From an uncultured Gemmatimonadales bacterium (GTDB lineage Bacteria; Gemmatimonadota; Gemmatimonadetes; Longimicrobiales; RSA9): a DNA stretch of 64,000 nucleotides. The stretch covers positions 160,001 through 224,000 of the forward strand of contig CAWAMW010000016.1 in NCBI GenBank assembly GCA_963783305.1, read 5' to 3'. The notes under the pieces are model-generated. The model saw nothing but the letters and a program-made list of their open reading frames with translations. It was not told the origin of the DNA and did no database searches. Below, piece by piece: positions 19,912 to 30,078 of the stretch (positions are counted from its first letter, which is position 1; the number at the start of each line of letters is the position of its first letter). Both the position numbers and the translations under genes were made by a program.

Positions 19912-20892
19912 ATGGAGTACACGCGACTGGGTGAGACGGATCTCGAGGTATCACGGATCGGCCTCGGCACGTGGCAACTCAGCGGGCAGTGGGGCGCCGT
20001 GGAGGAGCAGGAGGCGGAATCGGCGATCCGCAGGGCGCTGGACCTCGGGATCAACTTCTTCGACACCGCCCAGGCGTACGGCTTCGGCGCCTCCGAGGAG
20101 CGGCTCTCGCGAGCGTTGCGGGACGAGATCCGCACGGACCGCGACTCGGTGGTGCTGGCCACCAAGGGTGGGCTCCGGCCGGTGGAGGGCGGCGAGATCG
20201 CCCGGGACGCGGGCCGGGACTGGCTCCGGCAGGGGCTGGAAGCGAGTCTCAAGCACCTGGGCACCGACCATATCGACGTCTACCAGGTGCACTGGCCAGA
20301 CCCGGCGACGCCCGCGGAGGAGACCGCGAGCATTCTCCAGGAGTTCCTGGACGAGGGCAAGGTCCGCTACGTGGGGGTGTCCAATTACAGCGCCCGCCAG
20401 ATGCACGAGCTGGAGCGGCACCTGAAGATCGACACGCTGCAGCCGCCCTACCACATCTTCCGACGTGACATCGAGAAGCATGTGCTGCCGTACTGCGAGG
20501 CGCACGGCATCGGCACGCTCGTCTATGGGCCGCTGGCGCACGGGCTGCTCGGCGGGAAGTACGACGAGGACACGACGTTCGACGCGGACGACTGGCGGAG
20601 CCAGAGCTCGGCGTTCACCGGCGAGGTGTTTGCGCACAACCTCGAGGTGGTCGAGCGACTGAAGAAGTTCGCCTTCGACCGCGACCTGACCGTGGCGCAG
20701 GTAGCGATCGGGTGGGTGCTGGCGCACCCGGGCGTGGACGTGGCGCTCGTCGGGGCGCGGCGAGCCGAGCAGGTGGACGGCACCGCCGAGGCCGGCGACC
20801 TTTTCCTCGACCCCGAGGAGCTGGAGGAGATCGCGGAGCTCATCGACGACGCGATCGAGATCGGCGGGGCGACGCCCGAGGGCATCGACTGA
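19912..20892 (+). CDS. Aldo/keto reductase
   Basis: VSRIGLGTW, GINFFDTAQAYG, LATKGG, DVYQVHWPD, GVSNY, QPPY. Confidence 0.95.
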   Translation: MEYTRLGETDLEVSRIGLGTWQLSGQWGAVEEQEAESAIRRALDLGINFFDTAQAYGFGASEERLSRALRDEIRTDRDSVVLATKGGLRPVEGGEIARDAGRDWLRQGLEASLKHLGTDHIDVYQVHWPDPATPAEETASILQEFLDEGKVRYVGVSNYSARQMHELERHLKIDTLQPPYHIFRRDIEKHVLPYCEAHGIGTLVYGPLAHGLLGGKYDEDTTFDADDWRSQSSAFTGEVFAHNLEVVERLKKFAFDRDLTVAQVAIGWVLAHPGVDVALVGARRAEQVDGTAEAGDLFLDPEELEEIAELIDDAIEIGGATPEGID

Positions 20893-20903
20893 CGCATGGC
20901 ACC

Positions 20904-21518
20904 ATGAGCGGGGAGAGGTACGCGGTCCCGGGCGGCAGGCATCGCGTGGAGGAGAGCATCCGCCGGAGCCGGTTCATCACCACGGTCGCCCGGGCGGCAT
21001 CCGGGGACGACGCCCATGCGTTCATCGAGGAGATCCGCCGCGAGTTCGCCGATGCGACGCACAACTGCTGGGCGTTCGCCGCTGGTCCTCCCGGGGCCAC
21101 CGCCGATGTGGGCATGAGCGATGACGGGGAGCCGCACGGTACGGCCGGGCGGCCCATGCTGGAGGCGCTGCTGCATTCGGGCGTGGGTGAGATCGCGGCC
21201 GTCGTCACCCGCTACTACGGCGGCGTGAAGCTGGGGAAGGGGGGGCTCCAGCGGGCGTACTCGGGCGGAGTCCAGCGGGCGCTGGAGTCGATGCCGCGCG
21301 CGGAGCGCGTCCGGCGGGTCGCGGTGTGGGTGGCCGTGGAGTACGGCGCCCGTGATCCCGTCGAGCGCACGGCGGCCGAGCTCGATGCCCTCCTCCTCGT
21401 CGAGGAGTACGGCGCGGAGGTCCGGCTGAAGGTGGGCGTCCCCGAGGGCCGCCTCGAGGAGTTTCGCCGTGCCGTCGCGGAGGTCACGTCGGGGCGCGGC
21501 CGGGTGGAGCCCGCGTAG
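20904..21518 (+). CDS. yigZ: YigZ/IMPACT family protein
   Basis: IRRSRFI, ATHNCWA, SDDGEPHGTAGRPM, VVTRYYGGVKLG.GGL.RAY. Confidence 0.93.
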   Translation: MSGERYAVPGGRHRVEESIRRSRFITTVARAASGDDAHAFIEEIRREFADATHNCWAFAAGPPGATADVGMSDDGEPHGTAGRPMLEALLHSGVGEIAAVVTRYYGGVKLGKGGLQRAYSGGVQRALESMPRAERVRRVAVWVAVEYGARDPVERTAAELDALLLVEEYGAEVRLKVGVPEGRLEEFRRAVAEVTSGRGRVEPA

Positions 21519-21558
21519 CGCTCCACCCGGCTCGCGAAGAGCCGACATGGGGAGTTGC

Positions 21559-23145
21559 TCAGCCGCCGGTTTCGAACACCTCCTCGATCGGAATGATGGT
21601 GATGTCGTCCTCCGTGACCGGGATCGGGTACCGCGCGATCTCCCGGTCCTCCTCCAGCACCGACTCCGGCTGCGGGCCGGCGTAGGTGATGTTGGTCGGC
21701 TCACCGCTCAGCAGCTTCCGCTTCAACCCCTCCGCGTCCTGCGTGATAAAGACGAGGTACATGTTCCCCGCCTGGAGGTGACGCCGGATGGCGGCGTTGA
21801 CCGTCTCGGTGTCCAGCGCGTCGAGACCCGGACGGAGGGACGCGAGGTAGCCGGGATCCTCAATGCCGTAGAAGGCGTCGTCCATCGCGTATGCCAGTCG
21901 CCGGCTGATGGTGTTGCCCCAGTTCACCGTGAAGTTCCGAAGGAACGCGACGGTCTCTCCTACGCGCTCGTCGTCCAGCCCCTGAGCGGCGAGGATATCG
22001 AGCTCCCGCAGCGCCGCGCGGGTAGCGAAGAGCGTGCGGTCGTGGAGGTTGCCCGGCTCCGTGAGGGCGATGGGCCGGATCCAGATTTCGAAGAGCTGGC
22101 TCCGACGCGCGACGTTGGTGCGAGGCTGCTGTGTCGCGAAGCCGGCGGGGAACGCCTCGATATAGGAGTAGTCGCCGTAGTTCATCCCGCGCGTGTCCCG
22201 GATCACCTGATAGAGGTGACTGAAGGAGTTGCGGTGTTCGCCGAACCACGAGTTGGCGGTGAGCATGGCGATGAAGTCGTCATCGCCGCGCTGAAGCTCG
22301 ATGGGGAACCCCAGGGAGATGGCGCTGGCGTCTGTCTGCTTTTCGACGATGAGCACCTTCATGCCGTCAGGCATGGTAGGCTCGGGTGCCGGAAGCTCTG
22401 GAGCCGTTCCGGCCGGCAGCGACCGGTCGAAGTCGGTGCGCACCCGCACGGGAAAGCCCGCGGGATACCCGCCGCCGACGCCCACCACGACGTTGTCCCG
22501 CACATAGTTGTCGCGGTAGAACGAACGAACGTCATCCAGGGTGATGGACTTTACGCTCTGGACGTACCCGTCTTCGGGGTGCTCGTACGACGTTCCCTGG
22601 TACGCCATTGAGAAGAGCAGCTCTTTCGAGAGCTCTTCGTCCCGGCTGTAGCGGCGGCTCCGCTCGAGGGCATTCAGCGTCTGCGACTTGATCCGCTCGA
22701 AGTCTTCCGGGTTGAACGCCGGCTCCAGGATCGCCGCCCGGAAGAGGTCGTAATATGCCTCCAGATTGTCCTCGTGGATCCGCCCGGTGAACGTGGTCAT
22801 CTCCTTGTCCACCGACGTGCCGTAGCCAGCCGCCATGGGGTACAGCGCTTCCAGGATCTCCTGATAGCTGCGGTCCACGGTGGCGCCGTCGGAGAGGAGG
22901 CTCGCGGTCAGTGCCGCCAGCCCTTCCTTCCCGGCGGGGTCGTTCTGGGATCCACTCCGCACCCACACGTTGAACGCGATGAAGGGCGATTCGGGCTCCT
23001 CCAGCATGATCAGCCGGGGGACGTCCATCGTCTCCTCCATCCCGGTGGGGGTGACCTCCGGCTCCGCGGCGGGAGCCTCCGTCTGCTGCATGCCGCCGGC
23101 GCAGCCGGTGAGAGCCAGCGCGGCGAGTATGGTCAGTCGTTTCAT
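21559..23145 (-). CDS. M16 peptidase, non-catalytic (beta-type) lipoprotein subunit
   Basis: Lipobox LTGC; GSQNDPAGKEGLA without HxxEH; R..RGMNY motif. Confidence 0.8.
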   Translation of the reverse strand: MKRLTILAALALTGCAGGMQQTEAPAAEPEVTPTGMEETMDVPRLIMLEEPESPFIAFNVWVRSGSQNDPAGKEGLAALTASLLSDGATVDRSYQEILEALYPMAAGYGTSVDKEMTTFTGRIHEDNLEAYYDLFRAAILEPAFNPEDFERIKSQTLNALERSRRYSRDEELSKELLFSMAYQGTSYEHPEDGYVQSVKSITLDDVRSFYRDNYVRDNVVVGVGGGYPAGFPVRVRTDFDRSLPAGTAPELPAPEPTMPDGMKVLIVEKQTDASAISLGFPIELQRGDDDFIAMLTANSWFGEHRNSFSHLYQVIRDTRGMNYGDYSYIEAFPAGFATQQPRTNVARRSQLFEIWIRPIALTEPGNLHDRTLFATRAALRELDILAAQGLDDERVGETVAFLRNFTVNWGNTISRRLAYAMDDAFYGIEDPGYLASLRPGLDALDTETVNAAIRRHLQAGNMYLVFITQDAEGLKRKLLSGEPTNITYAGPQPESVLEEDREIARYPIPVTEDDITIIPIEEVFETGG

Positions 23146-23149
23146 ATCG

Positions 23150-24493
<1,344 letters not shown>

Positions 24494-24835
24494 GCCTTCA
24501 GCCTTTCTGAAGTTCTTGGTGGGGGCTTCTTGCAAGGAACGTAGGGCAGGGGGCCGGTGAGTGGCAATCGCCCGCGGTGGCGGAGCGGGCGGTCGCCGGA
24601 GGGGCCCGGGGAGTCAGAACCGGGTCGCCCTCTGATGCTGTTCGCGGGAACTGTTGGTTTCACAGCTTCCGCCCGTTGCCACCCAGACGCATCGGGCCGC
24701 CGTCGTCCTTCCCGTGCGGCCCAACTCCGCCCCCCCCCCTCCCCCCCGAAGTCCGCACCACCCACCCCCCCCGCCCCTGTCGGTCGGAGGCGGGTATCCG
24801 GTGTGGGGCCGGTGGGCCTCGGTCTCGTGTGTTGT

Positions 24836-25693
24836 TCAGCCGGCCGCCCCGGAGCCGGGGCCGGACTGGCGGAACCAGGTCAGATAATGATCGAGATACC
24901 GGCTTGCGACACCGCGAAATCGCTTCAACCATCTCCGGAAGCGAACGAACCACAGCGGCGGCGGCTCCGGCCCTTGCTGGCGCAATTGTGACCATGTGGC
25001 CACTCCGGTGAGCGGGTCCCCCAGCTCGAGATCGAGAGCTAGGGCGACTCGCTTGAAGAGGGTGCGGCGGTAAGGGCGCGCGTGCAGGGTCGCGTCGGAT
25101 CGCACGTGCTCCCGGAAGAAACGTACGACGGCAGCCGCCCCCGGCTGAGGCAGCCCCAGGGAGCGCGCGTACGTCCGCCGCCCCTCGTCGCAGGCGATGG
25201 CGATCCAGACAGGATCAGTTTCCGACGCGAACCCCTCGAATCGTCTCTTTCTGGGCGGTCGGAGCAGGCGCCGCGAGCCTTTTTCCGAGTGCGCAAGCCA
25301 GCCTATGCCGACGCTGACGTGGCCACTCAGTTCCACCGAATCGGCCGCAAGCAGATCGGCGAGCAGACGATGCCGCCAGCGAAAGCTCGTACTGAGATGG
25401 ATCCCGAGCTCGTGAGCGACGGTGCGGAGAGTCGGTGTCGTGGGGGCCATGCGGCAGAACACGGGCCAGAGTTGAAGGTGCTTGAGGTAGGCGAGGGGCG
25501 TCCCGGTGAGGTCGCTGAACGTGCGTCCACAGCCGCTGCACCGGTACCGTCGTCTGTCGCCGAACCGGCCCCAGCGCTGGACGCGGCGGTGCGCACAGCG
25601 AGGGCAGCGCAGTCCGCGCCGGAAGCGGATTTTGCGGAATCGGTCGAGCGGAAAAGGATCGGGTGCGGGCGTGTGGGATTGATAGGCCGTCAT
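24836..25693 (-). CDS. IS1595-like transposase homolog (zinc ribbon + HTH; catalytic motifs apparently degenerate)
   Basis: CPRC..RYRCSGCGRTFSDLTGTPL, HTH ..LGIHLSTSFRWRHR, SEKGSR, RFRGVASRYLDHYLTWF. Confidence 0.75.
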   Translation of the reverse strand: MTAYQSHTPAPDPFPLDRFRKIRFRRGLRCPRCAHRRVQRWGRFGDRRRYRCSGCGRTFSDLTGTPLAYLKHLQLWPVFCRMAPTTPTLRTVAHELGIHLSTSFRWRHRLLADLLAADSVELSGHVSVGIGWLAHSEKGSRRLLRPPRKRRFEGFASETDPVWIAIACDEGRRTYARSLGLPQPGAAAVVRFFREHVRSDATLHARPYRRTLFKRVALALDLELGDPLTGVATWSQLRQQGPEPPPLWFVRFRRWLKRFRGVASRYLDHYLTWFRQSGPGSGAAG

Positions 25694-25762
25694 GCCCCAT
25701 GGATGAGGCGTTGTGCGGGGCGATGGAATGGCCCGGTGGGACGGGAAGTCGATGCGAGGCGG

Positions 25763-25817
25763 GATGGAGGACCGCTCGGGGATGGGGGGATCGCTCGAGG
25801 ATGGAGGACCGCTCGGG
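25763..25817. repeat. Three tandem ~18-bp subterminal repeats
   Basis: gatggaggaccgctcggg / gatggggggatcgctcgag / gatggaggaccgctcggg, abutting the right TIR. Confidence 0.8.
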
Positions 25818-25854
25818 GACCAACAATTCCCGCGAACAGCATCGGAGGGAAAGC

Positions 25855-25894
25855 CCGAAAGGCGCAGCGCACCGCGTGCGGTTGCGCCTTTCGG
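25855..25894. other. Strong GC-rich hairpin just outside the right TIR
   Basis: ccgaaaggcgca (25855-66) pairs perfectly with tgcgcctttcgg (25883-94), plus an inner cgcac/gtgcg stem. Confidence 0.6.
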
Positions 25895-26012
25895 CCGCCC
25901 GCACCGCCCCCTCTCCTTGGGTTGGGGGGGGTCTGGCAGGGCGGCCCCGGAGGTGCGGTTGTACCTCGGCCTCTCATCGCTACATTGGAGTCACTACCAT
26001 TCAAGGAGAGAC

Positions 26013-26585
26013 ATGCGTTCAGCGATGGGTTTTGCACTCGCGGTGCTTCTGCTCCCGCTCCTGCCGGTCGGAGGGGAGTCGCAGACGCCGGAGCCGCTGG
26101 AAGTTGGGGATGTGGCCCCGGACTTCAGTGTGCCGGGTGCCGTTCGACATGGTGTTCTGGCCGAGCCGGTGACCCTGTCCGAGTACGCCGGTCAGACGGT
26201 GGTTCTCGCGTTCTTCTTCAGGGCACGGACCAAGGGCTGAACCGTCCAAATGCACGCGTACCGTGATCAGTACGCGCAGATCTTCAACCTCGGACAGGAC
26301 GTGGTGCTGATCGCTCTCAGCACCGATCCCATCGAGGAGCTCGCCGCTTGGGCGCGGGACGACGATTTCCCGTTTCTGATGGCAAGCGACGCAGCGCTCC
26401 AGGTCGCCGAGAAATATGGTGCGATCTACGAGAGCGGCGATACACGCATCACGAACCGGAACCTGTTCGTGATCGGGCCCGACGGGCGGATCGCTCATAC
26501 CGCGACACCATTCCTGCAAACGGATCCGACGGCGTACGAGGCGCTGGAGGCGGTGATCGACCGGCTGGCCTTGGAGCAGCCGTGA
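26013..26585 (+). CDS. Peroxiredoxin (AhpC/TSA/BCP-like) selenoprotein, Sec at codon 76 (TGA 26238-26240)
   Basis: AAGGAG RBS; signal peptide; VGDVAPDF..VTLSEY..VVLAFFFRARTKG-TGA-TVQM.AYRD continues in frame to S.D, D..FP, R.LFVIGPDGRI. Confidence 0.85.
26251..26278 (+). promoter_or_regulatory. Candidate bacterial SECIS hairpin
   Basis: Stem cgcgtac (26255-61)/gtacgcg (26270-76), 8-nt loop cgtgatca with G at position 2; 21 nt lie between the TGA and the loop. Confidence 0.7.
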
Positions 26586-26652
26586 GGGCGCGGCCAGCGA
26601 GCAGGCAGAGCGGGTCCTCGCCTTTGCTTGTCGCTGGCGAGTACCGCTCCCG

Positions 26653-27249
26653 CTACTTCCGCTCGAGGACGTTGCCGAGCGCGCCCACCAAGTCCTGATT
26701 CCCACCCGTGCCGGTGTAGGCGACGCGACCGTCCGCGTCGAGGATGATGACATACCCGGTCCCCGGGGGATCGAAGGCGCGGGTGAAGCGGCCGCGGGTG
26801 TCCCAGAGGACCTGCGGTGGCGGATCGTGCCGGACGAAGTGCTGCTTGACCTGGTCCCTCGTCTGGGCCACGGCGGCGGCAACGACCAGCACTTCCGCGG
26901 CGTCGCCGTGCGCCTGGCGGGCGGCCTCCATGCTCGGCTCGAGAGCTCGGCAGATGGCGCACCACGTCGCCCAGAACTCGATCAGGACCGGTCTGGTCCC
27001 GATGATCCCCGCGAGATCGAACGGCTCGCCGTCGAGCGTCTCGAGAACGATGGCCTCCGGCGTGTCTCCCACCTGAAGGCCGCCCTGTGCTTCCAGGGCC
27101 AGGGGAGCACCGTAGAGGATCGTAAGGGCGAGTATGGCGCCGGTCAGAATCCGCGGGAGTCGCCGGGGGTCTGGCGACGTGCGGGAGTCAACAGAGGATG
27201 AAGGGGCCGCTGTCACTGACCGAGTTCTTTTGCGCATGGCATCTTTCAT
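26653..27249 (-). CDS. TlpA-family thioredoxin-like disulfide reductase
   Basis: PVLIEFWATWCAIC motif, signal/TM segment; start uncertain. Confidence 0.85.
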   Translation of the reverse strand: MKDAMRKRTRSVTAAPSSSVDSRTSPDPRRLPRILTGAILALTILYGAPLALEAQGGLQVGDTPEAIVLETLDGEPFDLAGIIGTRPVLIEFWATWCAICRALEPSMEAARQAHGDAAEVLVVAAAVAQTRDQVKQHFVRHDPPPQVLWDTRGRFTRAFDPPGTGYVIILDADGRVAYTGTGGNQDLVGALGNVLERK

Positions 27250-27474
27250 TGGGAGGGCCGGGCTGCAGGTCCGCTCGAGCTAATACTCACGTGGCGCACC
27301 GGAGGTCCCGCCACCGTGGTGTCCGCCGCGCGCGGGACCGTTCAGGCGCCGCCGTCTGATCATCCGCCACCTGACGCGAGCGCCCCTTGTGGGCGCGACA
27401 TGCACGGCTGACCTTCACGTTCGTCTGTCTGCCGAAGGATGTCGGTGGAGTCTACAGAGAGCGAGGAGATTTTC

Positions 27475-29040
27475 GTGCTACCAATCATCCGCTGGGCGGC
27501 GGTCGCGTGGCTGGTCGCCATGGCCAGCCCCCTCCATGGGCAGGATTTCCCTACCGACGATCCCATCATCCGCCAGATCTGGGAGGAGGGGATGGAGCGG
27601 TCGGAAGTCTACCCGTTGGGACAGGCGCTGCTCGACTCCATCGGGCCGCGCCTCACCGGCACACCCGGCCTGGACCACGCCCATGAGTGGCTGGTGCGGC
27701 TGTACCGGAGCTGGGGCATTGAGGCGGAGAACGAGACGTACGGGACATGGAAGGGGTGGGAGCGGGGCATCACGCACGTGGACCTCACCTCGCCGCGGGT
27801 GCGTACCCTCGACGCCACCCTCCTGAGCTGGAGCCCGGGGACGGGCGGCGCGGTGGAAGGCGCGGTGGTGGGGCTCCCCGCCGCCGGGGAGAGCATAGAG
27901 GCGTGGAAGCGCTCCATCCGCGGGTCTTTCGTTCTGGGCTCGCCGCCGGAGCTGTCGTGTCGGCCGATCGATCGCTGGGAGGAGTTCGCGGACGAGGACA
28001 CCTATGACGCTTTCGTCGCCGCGCGCGAAGCGGCCCTGGACGAATGGTCGGCGCGCTTCACGCGATTTGGCGTGGATGAGCGGCAGTTCATGGCCATGCT
28101 CGCGGACGCCGGGGCGGCCGGGCTCCTTACATCGAACTGGTCGGGAGGCTACGGAGCGCGGCGCGTGTTCGGGGACCAGGCCGGCCGGACACCGGTGCTG
28201 TCGGTAGGGTGCGAGGACTACGGACTGCTCCACCGGCTGGCGGACCACGGGCAGTCGCCCCGGGTCCGCGTGGACGCCCGCTCCACCGACCGGGGCGACG
28301 TGCCGGTCTACAACACCATCGGCACGATCCGTGGGACCGCGCGGCCGGACGAGTACGTGCTCCTCTCGGCGCACCTGGACTCGTGGGACGGCGCGCAGGG
28401 GGCGACGGACAACGGCACCGGCACGATCGTGATGGCGGAGGCCATGCGCCTCCTCAAGAAGTTCTACCCGAACCCGCGGCGGACCATCGTCGTGGGCCAC
28501 TGGGGGAGCGAGGAGCAGGGGCTGAACGGCTCGCGCGCGTTTGCGGCTGACCACCCGGAGGTGGTGGCCGGTCTCCAGGCGCTCTTCAATCAGGACAACG
28601 GCACGGGTCGGATCTCCAACGTTGGAATGCAGGGGCTGCTGAACGCCGGCTCCAATTTCGTGGGCTGGCTCGGCGCGATCCCGCCCGAACTCACGGCGGA
28701 CATCGATCTGGTGATCCCCGGCACACCCGGGGGCGGCGGGAGCGACTACGCGGCATTCAGCTGCGCTGGCGCGCCCGCGTTCGGCCTCTGGTCGGACTCA
28801 TGGGACTACGGGACGTACACCTGGCACACGAACCTCGATACGCTCGACAAGGTCGCCTTCGCCAACGTCCGCTCGAACGCGGTGCTCGTCGCGCTCCTCG
28901 CCTACATGGCCTCGGAGGACCCGGAGCTGATCGAGCGCACGCGCCGCTCCGTCCTGCCGGTCAATCCCCGCACAGGGGAACGCATGACCTGGCCCGAGTG
29001 CCAGCTGCCGGATCGCGCCTGGGAGGAGTACGGCCGGTAG
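27475..29040 (+). CDS. M28 family secreted peptidase (carboxypeptidase Q-like)
   Basis: L.DSIGPRLTG, SAHLDSWD..GATDNGTG, GSEEQGL, SDY, WHTNLD; GAGGAG before GTG 27475. Confidence 0.88.
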   Translation: MLPIIRWAAVAWLVAMASPLHGQDFPTDDPIIRQIWEEGMERSEVYPLGQALLDSIGPRLTGTPGLDHAHEWLVRLYRSWGIEAENETYGTWKGWERGITHVDLTSPRVRTLDATLLSWSPGTGGAVEGAVVGLPAAGESIEAWKRSIRGSFVLGSPPELSCRPIDRWEEFADEDTYDAFVAAREAALDEWSARFTRFGVDERQFMAMLADAGAAGLLTSNWSGGYGARRVFGDQAGRTPVLSVGCEDYGLLHRLADHGQSPRVRVDARSTDRGDVPVYNTIGTIRGTARPDEYVLLSAHLDSWDGAQGATDNGTGTIVMAEAMRLLKKFYPNPRRTIVVGHWGSEEQGLNGSRAFAADHPEVVAGLQALFNQDNGTGRISNVGMQGLLNAGSNFVGWLGAIPPELTADIDLVIPGTPGGGGSDYAAFSCAGAPAFGLWSDSWDYGTYTWHTNLDTLDKVAFANVRSNAVLVALLAYMASEDPELIERTRRSVLPVNPRTGERMTWPECQLPDRAWEEYGR

Positions 29041-29046
29041 GCGCTG

Positions 29047-29907
29047 TCAGAGATCGCACGGGCCCGCGTTCGGCACGAAGAGCGGCTCGCCGAACCGGCC
29101 CGTGCCGTACTCCCCGATCAGACGCTGGGCCTCCGGGCCCGTGATCCATTTGGCGAATGCGCGGGCCGCGCCGTGACGGGGGGATCCGGCGACGGGGATC
29201 ACGCCGTACTGGTTGAACAACCGGTCATCCCCTTCCACCAGGACGACCAGCTCGCCGGAGCCTCGCTGGTCCAGGTACGTCGCCCGGTCGGTCAGTGTAT
29301 AGGCCCGCCGCTCCAACGCCATCCGGAGGACCTCCGCCATGCCCTGGCCGACCTCCATGTACCAACCGCCCGACGGCTCCACTCCCGCCGCCGACCACAG
29401 CGTTCGCTCCTTGCGGTGCGTCCCGCTGTCGTCCCCGCGGGACACGAACGGTGCCCGCTGACCAGCGATCCGCCGCAGCGCCTCGGCCGCGTCCTCCATC
29501 CCCGCGACGCCGGCCGGATCGGTGGCGGGACCGACGATCACGAAGTCGTTGTACATGACTTCACAGCGCGCGACCCCGTAGCCTGCGGCCACGAACGCAG
29601 ACTCCGCCGGCGGCGCGTGCACCAGGAGCACGTCGGCATCGCGACGCCGGCCCAGCTCCAGCGCCTGCCCGGTGCCGACCGCCGCCACCCGCACCCGCAC
29701 ACCCGGCTCCGCTTCCCTGAACGCCGGCAGCAGCACCTCGAACAGACCAGAGTCCTCGGTAGATGTAGTGGACGCCAGAAGCAGGTCCGTGCGCTCTTCT
29801 CCGCAGCCCAGCCCTACCACCAGCGACAGGATGCCCACCCACGCCAATCTCACCATCCGTCCAAGCCTCTCCCCCCCATGATCGCCCGGTCCCGAATCCT
29901 GACCCAT
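29047..29907 (-). CDS. tupA: Tungstate ABC transporter substrate-binding lipoprotein
   Basis: LASTTSTEDSGL, AVGTGQAL, DADVLLVHA, MYNDFVIVGP, FVSRGDDSGTH, YTLTDRAT; lipobox LGC; GGAGG RBS. Confidence 0.9.
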   Translation of the reverse strand: MGQDSGPGDHGGERLGRMVRLAWVGILSLVVGLGCGEERTDLLLASTTSTEDSGLFEVLLPAFREAEPGVRVRVAAVGTGQALELGRRRDADVLLVHAPPAESAFVAAGYGVARCEVMYNDFVIVGPATDPAGVAGMEDAAEALRRIAGQRAPFVSRGDDSGTHRKERTLWSAAGVEPSGGWYMEVGQGMAEVLRMALERRAYTLTDRATYLDQRGSGELVVLVEGDDRLFNQYGVIPVAGSPRHGAARAFAKWITGPEAQRLIGEYGTGRFGEPLFVPNAGPCDL

Positions 29908-30033
29908 ACTCTGGCCTCCACCTTTCGAAGACCAGCCCTGGGCATTCGCCGGGTCGCGGACGGGAGTGGGAGAATCCCCCACGCGGCGACCCATAGCTTT
30001 CCCGATTGCCGGTGTGTACGGCGTGGCGCACGT

Positions 30034-30050
30034 TTGAGAACGATTTTCAA
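30034..30050. promoter_or_regulatory. Fur-box-like inverted repeat upstream of feoB
   Basis: ttgagaac-g-attttcaa resembles the 7-1-7 Fur consensus TGATAAT-n-ATTATCA; AT-rich island 28 nt before feoB. Confidence 0.7.
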
Positions 30051-30078
30051 CCGATCCGACGAAGCCAAAGCCGGGGTC

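Larger units (their letters stand above)
24628..25849. mobile_element. IS1595-family-like element bounded by 31-bp terminal inverted repeats
   Basis: 24628-24658 ccctctgatgctgttcgcgggaactgttggt versus the reverse complement of 25819-25849 ccctccgatgctgttcgcgggaattgttggt (2 mismatches); encloses a transposase-like ORF; no target-site duplication seen. Confidence 0.75.

Noticed and set aside
24726..24778. Poly-C tracts inside the IS-like element as phase-variation sites
   Set aside because: They are non-coding, lie downstream of the transposase-like ORF and have no identifiable promoter context.
25763..25817. Direct repeats as a mini-CRISPR
   Set aside because: The repeats are contiguous with no unique spacers, only 18 bp long, and there are no cas genes.
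26013..26585. Peroxiredoxin as a nonsense pseudogene or two separate genes
   Set aside because: The stop is TGA exactly at the catalytic column, the frame continues cleanly and a SECIS-like hairpin follows, so selenocysteine recoding is more parsimonious.
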